From: an uncultured virus (IMG/VR IMGVR_UViG_3300006802_013268)
Taxonomy: Duplodnaviria; Heunggongvirae; Uroviricota; Caudoviricetes
Length of the DNA stretch: 64,000 bases
Reading direction: 5' to 3' (one strand)
IMG/VR virus record: IMGVR_UViG_3300006802_013268
The notes beneath the pieces were generated by a model that searched no databases, had not been told where the DNA came from, and saw nothing but the letters and a program-made list of their open reading frames with translations. The translations under genes and the position numbers were made by a program. Position 1 is the stretch's first letter. The number at the start of each line of letters is the position of its first letter. Of the stretch, positions 25,047-33,731 are shown in pieces.

Positions 25047-26709
25047 TGATGTTTGCCATGTACCTTGTAAGTTCTTCAATTAACTCATCTTCATGCGAAG
25101 GTATGTATTGTTCTTTCTTTGGTTTTGCTCCATTAACATTAATATGAACTTGTTGTGGCGCTGGTTTTGGTTCGGGCGGAGGAGCTTCCTGCTCTGGTTC
25201 TTCTGGTTCTGCCATAGGATCAGGAACCTCTCCTGCAGAAATTTCACCTTCCATATCTTTCTTAATATTTTCTATATCATTATCAGAAAATCTAAATATG
25301 TTTTTCCAAATCCATTCCTTTGAAACATACTGTCCAACAAAAGGATCCATTTCAGTAACCAATCCAATTCTATCTCTCCAGATTTCAGATTCTTTTAATT
25401 CAGAATAATGATTGTCTTTAATGAAATCGATGCTAATATCATTTTTCCAAGCATTCCAGTCATCTTCTGTTATAATAGATTTTAGAATTAATTGTTTTTT
25501 AAGAATACCTAAAAATATCTGAGAGAATCTTTTACGCAACCTATCAATAAATTTTTGAAACTTAACTTCGTCGCGAGTGATTTCAGTAGATCTTCCAAGA
25601 GAAAATTGTGCTTCTTGTTCTAACCTATTGACTGGAACATTCAACGCACGATATAATCTTTTCTGGAAATAAATGATGTCATCAATTTGACCAAGGTTGT
25701 CGCCGCCAGGTAGAGTTGAAATTTCTGTACCTCTACCACCTTCTCGACGCGGCAACCAGAAGTCTTCAAGCATCGACATGTGTTTACGATCATCTTTAAG
25801 TTCACCAGTGTTCGCATCATATACTAACTTGTTGCGATACTTGGTCATGATGTCTTTCATGTATTGTTCTGCTTTACCGCGCGGCAAGTTACCCACGTCG
25901 ATATAAAAGATTCGGCGTTCGGGTGCACGTGCAAGACGATAGATGACAAGACTGTCTTCCATCATGCGCAACTGATTGATTGGTTTCAATGCTTTGTGAA
26001 GATGCGACACCACTTTCTTTTTGTTTTCATCTAACAAACCAGAAGTCGTGTATTGTATTGAATCTGTTGAGAATTTAACTGCAGAAGTCATGCTTCCTGG
26101 TTTTTCTTCAAAGATATAAAATTCATTTATCGCATCAACAATTTTTGCGTTAGTCTTTGGATCTTTTTTATATTTGACCTCTTTAACTTTTCGCATTTTT
26201 GAAGAATCAATATTTCTAATCTCTTTAATACCTGCTTTAAGATTAGACTCATCAACTAACAGATGAAAATAACTTCTACCATCAACGTACCAAGACCTGA
26301 ATATATCATGTCCAAGTTCATTGAACTTCAGCATAGAAATAATTTCTTCAAACTCTTTTGTTATCTCTTTCTTGATTTTGTCAGAAACTTCTACTTTATC
26401 TAAAGATATGTGTACTGAAGATTCTAATTCTGAAGCACTAATTGCTTCGTTCACTATTTCTTCAATCGCTTGATCAACTTCAGGATTTAATGCGACGCCA
26501 CGATATCTCAAAATTAACTGATGATTATCTTTAGACTGATCGCCTTCCATGTTAATGTACTGCCCATAATGACCTGCCGCAGCAGTAACATATCCTGCTC
26601 CGTCATCATCTGTGGGAGGAACTACAGATTTAAGAGAAAGTCTTTCTTTCTCTTTCTGAGTTCGTTTTATTTCAAATCCTAATAATTTAAAAACTGTCTC
26701 GTCTGCCAT
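25033..26709 (-). CDS. gp20: Portal protein gp20
   Basis: LFGF-like start, WYVDGR, NQLRMMEDSLVIYRLARAPERRIFYIDVGNLP, MLEDFWLPRREGGRGTEI.TLPGG. Confidence 0.99.
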   Translation of the reverse strand: MADETVFKLLGFEIKRTQKEKERLSLKSVVPPTDDDGAGYVTAAAGHYGQYINMEGDQSKDNHQLILRYRGVALNPEVDQAIEEIVNEAISASELESSVHISLDKVEVSDKIKKEITKEFEEIISMLKFNELGHDIFRSWYVDGRSYFHLLVDESNLKAGIKEIRNIDSSKMRKVKEVKYKKDPKTNAKIVDAINEFYIFEEKPGSMTSAVKFSTDSIQYTTSGLLDENKKKVVSHLHKALKPINQLRMMEDSLVIYRLARAPERRIFYIDVGNLPRGKAEQYMKDIMTKYRNKLVYDANTGELKDDRKHMSMLEDFWLPRREGGRGTEISTLPGGDNLGQIDDIIYFQKRLYRALNVPVNRLEQEAQFSLGRSTEITRDEVKFQKFIDRLRKRFSQIFLGILKKQLILKSIITEDDWNAWKNDISIDFIKDNHYSELKESEIWRDRIGLVTEMDPFVGQYVSKEWIWKNIFRFSDNDIENIKKDMEGEISAGEVPDPMAEPEEPEQEAPPPEPKPAPQQVHINVNGAKPKKEQYIPSHEDELIEELTRYMANINEQN

Positions 26710-26721
26710 TATTTTTCCTAG

Positions 26722-26760
26722 AAAATGGGGAGAAAAATTTCTTCTTCTCCCCTATTTATC
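26722..26760 (-). promoter_or_regulatory. Late promoter variant (GATAAATA) abutting a hairpin between gp19 and gp20
   Basis: GATAAATA at 26753-26760, then GGGGAGAA...TTCTCCCC followed by ATTTT. Confidence 0.6.
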
Positions 26761-26761
26761 T

Positions 26762-27289
26762 TTAGGTTGTTGTATTACTTTCCCAATACTGAATTGCAAA
26801 AGTGACATCGAATGTTTCGATTTCTCCTGCTTGTGCATAATCCAACTGAATATTGCTAATCCCCGTAGGAAATGCTCCACGGAAATTATACTTTTTCAAA
26901 ACTGTTTCATCACGATCCAGTTGTTCAACCACCAAATCTGCTGAGTAATCAGTAGGATTTACTAAACCACTGTTCGCAGAGTGAGCGTTAATTCCATTCA
27001 ACCAACGTTCCATAGAATCTCTCACAGTAAAGTTTGTGTCGTTGAAAATAGTTACGTTCCAATCATCAAACGTTCTATCCCCAGCGATTTTTAACAACCT
27101 GCCGCGAAAAGGAATCTCAATAATACCAGTGCTTGATCCAGGAAGTTGTGCAGAACGACACATAAATGATGTGATTTCTACATCTCCCCCAGCATAAGCA
27201 GGAAAATTGATCGTTGCTTTGAATAGATTCGGACGCGCACCTCCTCCTCTTAATTTTGACTTAAAATCGTCAACTCCTAAAACTGCCAT
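26762..27289 (-). CDS. gp19: Tail tube protein gp19
   Basis: GGGARPNLF, AQLPGS, PFRGR.LKIAGDRTF..W..T..ND..F, V.QLDR, FPT.IS.I.LDY. Confidence 0.97.
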   Translation of the reverse strand: MAVLGVDDFKSKLRGGGARPNLFKATINFPAYAGGDVEITSFMCRSAQLPGSSTGIIEIPFRGRLLKIAGDRTFDDWNVTIFNDTNFTVRDSMERWLNGINAHSANSGLVNPTDYSADLVVEQLDRDETVLKKYNFRGAFPTGISNIQLDYAQAGEIETFDVTFAIQYWESNTTT

Positions 27290-27307
27290 TTATATTCTCC
27301 TTGCGCG

Positions 27308-29053
27308 TTATACTATGCCAACAACTTCTTGGAAGTCGATTCCAGTTCGAACCGCGACAAAGTTCAATGTAACGTAGTTAATTGAACGAGCGGGTTTGAT
27401 GAACATGCTGGCAACGAATCTATTGGAATCTATAACTGCTGGTGTGTTGTTTGATTCATCACAAACAACCAAAAAGTCAGTTATACCTCTTCTTCCCTGA
27501 ATTTCCCTCAAGAAAGGTTCAACAATGTTGACGAACTCAGCACGAGTAAACTCGTCATTAAATTCAAACAACACATTTGCTGAAGCAAGTTTAATTGCTC
27601 TTTCTATTGCGAGGAACAATCGACGAACGTTAATTCTATCGAATGCTGAAGGTCTTGCTTCTTTTGTTTTATCACCGTAAAGAAGAACACCTTGACCAGG
27701 CAAATTAACAATAGGATTGACGTTTGCTTTATACAAAGTATCCCTTTGTGATTTGTCTGGGGTATAAGATAAAGAGGTTATTCCTAGATATCTTCCTCTC
27801 CTTTGACCTGCTGGAGAATACCATGGAGCAGCAACTCTATCTGTTGCCGCCATAAGACCAGCAGTAGATGAAGCAGCAGGAATAAATTCATACTTGTCGT
27901 TATACTTATCGTATATCTTCAGATAGTTATTATCTACAATTAAGTATGAAGATGCATTTAATCCGTTCGACCAAGTAACCGTGTTTGATACAGCAGTTGA
28001 TGGAGCAACACCTACGACAAAATCTCTCGGAGGAGAAGCAACAACTACGCAATCCCTTCTTGTTGGTCCTTCTGCGATTGCCGTAACATAATTGGTCATA
28101 GTTGTACTTGCTACACCTGAATGGTTACCGACAATTGCTAGATCAATTTGGACTTTATCAGCATCAGAGAATGTATCCCATCCTAATTGATATGAACCAG
28201 TAGTCACGTTACTGTGATCTGCCAATCCACCGCCAAGAGCTCTATTAACAAACTCCTTAACAGTTGGATCCGCTTGATTTTGTGCCAAATTTCCAGCGTT
28301 TTCTACAATGAACGGAACTTTATCTTCATCGAGCCAAACCCATTCTGATTTGTTGTTTATTACATCGACAAAATAATTATTTTCCCCTGACTGAGTTTTA
28401 GCATCTCTTGCTTTAGAAAGAAAGCCAAACGATTCAAGAACTGTTCCTTTAATGCCACTAATAAAACCGTCAGAATCAACTACCGCAACGTGTACTTCGT
28501 CCCATTCACCGCCTTCGTCTCGAGCATATGGTGACGTTGATGGAACTGCATCAAATATATTTCTGGTCGCAGAATCTGCTCCACCAACTCCAGTGCCCCA
28601 AGCGGTGCTATCTGAACTTGCTGGAATAAATTTAACTGATAATGAATTTCCTGCTTGACCAGGATATTTTGCAGCGATCGCAGTACCTCCTAAATTTCCG
28701 TTAAACAAATCTTTGTTCTTGACTAGAATATTAGTTGCAGCTGCGGAATCTTTTGCGTTAGCAGCAGCATCTCCAACAACTCTTGTAACATACATACTTT
28801 GAGCATATTTTAAAAAGTATGTTGCTGATAAAAAGTCAATTGATGATGGTGCGCTGTCTACTGTTTGATCCGGAGAACCAAAAACCTCAACCAGTCCTGA
28901 TTCGTTTCCGACTAACACTGGTTGTTCGACTGGTCCCCAATTAAATGCCCCTACGTATGCACCAGTGCTAGTAGAAACTGCCGGAACAACACTCGACAGA
29001 TCAACCTCGCGAACTAGTACACTCGGAGACGTATTTGGGTTAAAGAGTGACAT
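27308..29053 (-). CDS. gp18: Tail sheath protein gp18
   Basis: SP.V.VREVDL, F.WGP, AKYPG..GN, PWYSPAG..RG, SAFDRINVRRLF, FEFNDEFTR, IKPARSIN. Confidence 0.98.
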   Translation of the reverse strand: MSLFNPNTSPSVLVREVDLSSVVPAVSTSTGAYVGAFNWGPVEQPVLVGNESGLVEVFGSPDQTVDSAPSSIDFLSATYFLKYAQSMYVTRVVGDAAANAKDSAAATNILVKNKDLFNGNLGGTAIAAKYPGQAGNSLSVKFIPASSDSTAWGTGVGGADSATRNIFDAVPSTSPYARDEGGEWDEVHVAVVDSDGFISGIKGTVLESFGFLSKARDAKTQSGENNYFVDVINNKSEWVWLDEDKVPFIVENAGNLAQNQADPTVKEFVNRALGGGLADHSNVTTGSYQLGWDTFSDADKVQIDLAIVGNHSGVASTTMTNYVTAIAEGPTRRDCVVVASPPRDFVVGVAPSTAVSNTVTWSNGLNASSYLIVDNNYLKIYDKYNDKYEFIPAASSTAGLMAATDRVAAPWYSPAGQRRGRYLGITSLSYTPDKSQRDTLYKANVNPIVNLPGQGVLLYGDKTKEARPSAFDRINVRRLFLAIERAIKLASANVLFEFNDEFTRAEFVNIVEPFLREIQGRRGITDFLVVCDESNNTPAVIDSNRFVASMFIKPARSINYVTLNFVAVRTGIDFQEVVGIV

Positions 29054-29120
29054 ATTCGTATCCTTTTTTCGTTTTGCTTATGATAAGGTGACATAATACG
29101 GGATTAATCTCAAGTGTATT

Positions 29121-29128
29121 TATTTATA
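29121..29128 (-). promoter_or_regulatory. T4 late promoter (gp18-gp19)
   Basis: TATAAATA overlapping the gp17 stop. Confidence 0.8.
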
Positions 29129-30740
29129 AAAAATCTAAATCTGGGTCGGTGTAGATCTGCCAACCCATACGATCAAAATCCTCTTGAGTTAATATCCTTT
29201 GTATTTCTTCTTCACCATCATCAATAAAACCAAATGGAACAACATCATCTTCAATTGCTCTCATTTTTTCAGCATACAATGTTTCTTTAATGTTTATGTC
29301 GGTCATGTTAATAAACTGTTCGGTCATTGCATAATAACCAAACATAACAAGGTTCATCATCAAATCGTCATGATTACCTTCGCTTGCCTCAAACGATTGT
29401 CCTGAAGCAACAAAAGTTGATGCCTCTAAGATTGTTTGTTCGTCTATAATTGATAGTTTTCTTTCTTCTAAAAGATCTTTAATGCCAGAACAACCAATGC
29501 GTTTAACACGCTTGTTCATTTCTACACCAATATGAGAAGATTTTATTGCGGAAGATACGTGAGTGTTTTCATACTCTAAATCATAATATAATCCAGCGCA
29601 GGTTAATGAACCCTGATCATTTGCTTCAATTATAACATATGCTTTGTTATAAACGTTCGCATACTTATATATAATGTTAGGGAAGAGTATTGGAGAGATA
29701 GAATTGTTCCGATACACAGCCACTTGTTCAAACGGGCGTGTCGTAATATCGATAATATTGAACGTAGAGTAATCCTGACCTCTTCCTTTCGATACATCAA
29801 CGGTCATGATGTACTCGTGCTTTGCGCAAGGTTCTTTATAAACTAAAAACAGACCGCCCTCGAGAACCTGTTGGGGCACTCCTGCCCGCAAGGAAAGGAG
29901 TGTCTCAGCATTTATTAATGTATTGCCTGTTCCGAAAAAGGTGTTACCAAACTCCTGATCAAACTGGAGTTGAGAAGTATTGTTTATTGTTTCAATTTTC
30001 CAAGCTTCGTCACGACCTGGAACATCCCACCAATCTACTCGAAAAGATTTATATTCGTTTGTTTTTTGTACTGCTCCTTCCCAAATTTTATGGAAGACGT
30101 TTCCGATTCCATTTGCGGTTGAGGTGATGATGACTTTGGTGTCGATGCCTGAGGAGATAACAGGATACGTTGAAGTATAGAATTCAGCTGCTCGCTCAAC
30201 AAAAGCAAACTCATCGAGATAGAGCAGATTAACAGACATACCACGAATAGAACTCCCGCTAGTGGCAGCAGCAACAATCCTAGAATTATTAGAAAACTCG
30301 ATTGAACCTTTATTAAGAGTTTTACACCCAGGTTGTAAAAAGAATGGAAGATTTTCCAACATGAGAGTAATACGGGCGAGCATCTCTCGGGCAGTCTGTC
30401 CCTTATTTGCCAGTATAGCGATTGTTTTTTCGGTATTGAAGATAGCATACCATAATAGGTAGGCAACTGACGATATTGATTTACCAGACTGTCGACAAGC
30501 AAGAACGATGCTAAAACGATTATCGTTAAAGTGTTTGAACATACTTCGTTGATAGTCGTAAAGATTAAACGGAACAAGTCCCTTATCCAGCGAAATAATT
30601 TTAACGTAATGTTCCGCAAAATATTCAGGGGATACCATACATTTGGCATATTCTTGAACTTGTTCTTGAGTCCATTCTTGTACCACTCCGTCACGTTTAA
30701 CATTAATGTTTCCAAGATATGTCTCATTTACATTATTCAT
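29124..30740 (-). CDS. gp17: Terminase large subunit gp17 (start approximate)
   Basis: YLGN.N.K, RQSGKS, LYLDEFAFV, ITSTANG, DVSKGRGQDYS, HDDL.M. Confidence 0.98.
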   Translation of the reverse strand: MNNVNETYLGNINVKRDGVVQEWTQEQVQEYAKCMVSPEYFAEHYVKIISLDKGLVPFNLYDYQRSMFKHFNDNRFSIVLACRQSGKSISSVAYLLWYAIFNTEKTIAILANKGQTAREMLARITLMLENLPFFLQPGCKTLNKGSIEFSNNSRIVAAATSGSSIRGMSVNLLYLDEFAFVERAAEFYTSTYPVISSGIDTKVIITSTANGIGNVFHKIWEGAVQKTNEYKSFRVDWWDVPGRDEAWKIETINNTSQLQFDQEFGNTFFGTGNTLINAETLLSLRAGVPQQVLEGGLFLVYKEPCAKHEYIMTVDVSKGRGQDYSTFNIIDITTRPFEQVAVYRNNSISPILFPNIIYKYANVYNKAYVIIEANDQGSLTCAGLYYDLEYENTHVSSAIKSSHIGVEMNKRVKRIGCSGIKDLLEERKLSIIDEQTILEASTFVASGQSFEASEGNHDDLMMNLVMFGYYAMTEQFINMTDINIKETLYAEKMRAIEDDVVPFGFIDDGEEEIQRILTQEDFDRMGWQIYTDPDLDFL

Positions 30741-31098
30741 TCTCGACGCTATCTGCATCAATCACCTTTTGCTCATTCTTTAACAATCGTTGTAAGTCAG
30801 TCGTGCTTCCTAAAAACACATTGTTGTTTGTAATTTGTTTTGGTTCGTTTTTATTTGGTGTTTTTAATTCTTTTTGTTTCTTATTCAAATCCATAAGTTT
30901 ATCATTAGTTTCTGCAAGATTTTTAATCAATCCAGAAAGAACTTCAAACGCACGTGGATGTTCTGATTCACGAGCAACCTCGATCATCAGGTCAAGTGAC
31001 TCTTTACCTTTTTCGATTAGTTCATAGTATGTAGCTCGAGAATAATCGTAGTCGTAATCTGCGTTTTCTTGTGGTGTATCTTTATCATTATGTTTCAT
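30733..31098 (-). CDS. gp16: Terminase small subunit gp16
   Basis: DY.YSR, ESEHPRAFEV, NN.F.GST.DLQ. Confidence 0.95.
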   Translation of the reverse strand: MKHNDKDTPQENADYDYDYSRATYYELIEKGKESLDLMIEVARESEHPRAFEVLSGLIKNLAETNDKLMDLNKKQKELKTPNKNEPKQITNNNVFLGSTTDLQRLLKNEQKVIDADSVENE

Positions 31099-33731
31099 TA
31101 GCTACTCGTTGCGCTTAATTCAAACGTTGCTCTAATTGTGTCATTGTTATTCGTGTCAGTTTTTTGCCGAATTTGAAGTTCCACTACTTCTGTGTAAGGA
31201 CCAAAATCTGTCAAACTATTAACAGTTTTCAACATTCCAAATGATGTTCCCGCTGCAGTGTCTGGGATAGTAGTCCAAGTAGAAGATCCTCTTGGTCCTG
31301 CTACAGTCCAGTCAGTTCCTGCTGTGCCACCAGAAGTAGAAATTGTTACCACTCTAAACTCAAAAGAAGTTGCAGCGTTATTGCCGCCATTAATGTTCAT
31401 GTCATTAATATCTGAAACCCAATTTGCTGTGTGGGAACCGGCACCATAAAAATATATTTTACCGTCTCTATTAATTTTTAATCCTGCTTGCAAAGTAATT
31501 GGATATCCGGTTCCTGGATTCGCGTTTTCAGCTTCGCTACGAACATTAGTAGGAGGTGCTGCTAACAAAGTGGTTCCATCTATATCATAAAAATCTACAG
31601 TTGCTGGCGTGACAGGAGTTTGACTAGTATCTGAAACGTTTATAGTCAAAGTGTTAGGTGATCCGCTAACATATGTAGATGTTCCGTTTGTATCAAACTG
31701 ACGAAGTTTGACAACTATAGTTTCTGTCGCACCATCTGTGAAAGTATCTGCTTTTGGTCTTATATACAAAGTGCCTGTGTTACTATTAATCTTAAATATT
31801 CCATTACTACTAGCAGCATATCCTGTACTTGTTCCATCAATCCAAACGCTGTTATCACTTGAGTATTGCCATTCGTTGTTGCTGATGGTGCTTGTTCCAT
31901 CCAATTCCCATCCCCACCCAGTATCGTCTGGAACACCAGAAGTATTTACTGTAATGGTAACAACGTCTCCTTCGTTGATATTTGCTGGAGAAGGAGAAGA
32001 AGTGATTTGACTATATCCGGGAGGATTATCAGTAATTGTAATTGTTCCAACAGTAGTAGTGCTACCGTCTTTAACTAGAGTGCTATAACCAGAATCACTA
32101 TACAGATTCAACTTGAAAGTCTTATTGCCTGATGCAGCATCGTTATCCAATTTAACAACAAACGTACCTGAATTGTTAGAAATGGCAACCTGACCTCTTA
32201 ATTTGTTCGAGACAATTGTTGTGAGGGTTCCTGAACCATCATTGTATCCAGCTAAGAAATTAGCACCAGTTGCTGCATTTCCTCCTGTACCTTCTGCTTC
32301 CCAATAATAAGTTCCGTTTGGTATATTAGATCCGCTAACAGTATAAGTTGTTCCGGAATACGCAGTAACATTACCCTGAATAACGCCATTGTCGGCAGCT
32401 GCCCCACCGTCACTAAAGGTGAGAGCATAAGTACCTGATGTTGCATTAGCAAAATCTACGACAAAATCAGGAGGAGTTTGTGATATATCAGCAGTGGTTG
32501 GCGAAACAGAAATTCCAGTTGAAGTTCCAGAAACGGAAACAGATACATTCGTTGCATTTGCTGCAGCGATTGTGACATCCATAGTATCATTAATGTCAAC
32601 ATTTTGAGTTATGTCTGTCGCTCCACCTGTGCCCGAGAGGAGATTAAGCGAAGTAAAATCAAAAGCATTACCGAGTGTGGGTTCAGTGACACTGTTCAAT
32701 CCAGTAATGTCGTATGTAGCGACAGCACCTATACTTAGAGTACTTGAAGTAAGGTTTCCGGTAGATAGTGCGTTATCATCTTCTTTCCATAAAGCAAGTT
32801 TTACAGATTCGCCAGTTTCAGCATTTCCTTCGTTTAATGCTCTAAACTGAACCGTGTCTGTATTACTATTGACAGTGAATGCTCCATGATATTGAGTATT
32901 ATATGAACCCGTTAACTGTGTGATATTGTCTCCTGCTCCACCCCAATTAACCCCATCATAAGACATTTGAAATTCACCGTTTAAATAAGAAACCCCTGTA
33001 TTACCGATTAATCTTCTACGAACAGCGTATTGTGTTGCCTGCGGATTTCCAATCGCAAACATCACAACACCTTTTTCATATTCATAAGATCCAACTACTA
33101 GAAGTTTAACATTTGCTCCAACCCCAGTTGCTATTGTGGTGCCGTTCCATACGATACTCCCTGACGTACCGTCATCATTCCAATTCCAAATGGGTCCGGA
33201 CGAAGAATAATACCAAGTGTGTCCTGCAGGGTTAGTATCAAACGCCGAAGAATTTACTTTGGATCCTGTACCTACAGCATCAAATGGTTGCGGATCTAAT
33301 GAAGTGTCATATACTATGAACCCGACTCTCGTTCCATTTGTAATACCAGTAGTGTTGAGAGTAAATGTTGCTGCAGAACCACCTTCTGTAATGCTCGAAG
33401 GAGAAACTGTAATTGAATCGTACGATGCTGAAACAGCACCACCGTCAGTTACCTGAAAATTTAGTGTTACCACAGTTCCAGTAAAACCAGAGTTAGTTCC
33501 TACTCTAAGAGTAAAATCTCGTGTGCCCTGAGTTCCGGTTTGTTCTTTAACGCCAATTTCAAAAGTTGTTGTGTTTCCAGTACAAGCAACAGGTCCACCA
33601 CTAGAAACATCAAAATCAGAAGAAACTGTACCAGGATTAGCACCACCAGAATTGGAAATGACTTCCCAATAAAAATCTTGAGATGACGGAAAATTGGTTG
33701 AATTAATTGTATATGTGTAATTAATTGTCAT
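31098..33731 (-). CDS. Virion protein with tandem Ig/Calx-beta-like domains
   Basis: 877 aa, T/G/S/N-rich; repeated S..I.EG...TFT..T.G...GT and D...G.ET....L units. Confidence 0.65.
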   Translation of the reverse strand: MTINYTYTINSTNFPSSQDFYWEVISNSGGANPGTVSSDFDVSSGGPVACTGNTTTFEIGVKEQTGTQGTRDFTLRVGTNSGFTGTVVTLNFQVTDGGAVSASYDSITVSPSSITEGGSAATFTLNTTGITNGTRVGFIVYDTSLDPQPFDAVGTGSKVNSSAFDTNPAGHTWYYSSSGPIWNWNDDGTSGSIVWNGTTIATGVGANVKLLVVGSYEYEKGVVMFAIGNPQATQYAVRRRLIGNTGVSYLNGEFQMSYDGVNWGGAGDNITQLTGSYNTQYHGAFTVNSNTDTVQFRALNEGNAETGESVKLALWKEDDNALSTGNLTSSTLSIGAVATYDITGLNSVTEPTLGNAFDFTSLNLLSGTGGATDITQNVDINDTMDVTIAAANATNVSVSVSGTSTGISVSPTTADISQTPPDFVVDFANATSGTYALTFSDGGAAADNGVIQGNVTAYSGTTYTVSGSNIPNGTYYWEAEGTGGNAATGANFLAGYNDGSGTLTTIVSNKLRGQVAISNNSGTFVVKLDNDAASGNKTFKLNLYSDSGYSTLVKDGSTTTVGTITITDNPPGYSQITSSPSPANINEGDVVTITVNTSGVPDDTGWGWELDGTSTISNNEWQYSSDNSVWIDGTSTGYAASSNGIFKINSNTGTLYIRPKADTFTDGATETIVVKLRQFDTNGTSTYVSGSPNTLTINVSDTSQTPVTPATVDFYDIDGTTLLAAPPTNVRSEAENANPGTGYPITLQAGLKINRDGKIYFYGAGSHTANWVSDINDMNINGGNNAATSFEFRVVTISTSGGTAGTDWTVAGPRGSSTWTTIPDTAAGTSFGMLKTVNSLTDFGPYTEVVELQIRQKTDTNNNDTIRATFELSATSS

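Noticed and set aside
25033..25079. Programmed frameshift fusing portal to collagen
   Set aside because: The shared open window is short and I saw no slippery heptamer or stimulatory structure; simple translational coupling explains it.
30035..30727. 230-aa alternative-frame ORF within gp17 (also 5380-5826 within gp46)
   Set aside because: Fully nested in conserved essential genes with no recognisable protein features; most likely chance.
5126..30740. Introns, inteins or homing endonucleases in gp46, uvsW, gp23, gp20 or gp17; alternative genetic code
   Set aside because: All are uninterrupted, of ordinary length and intact under the standard code.
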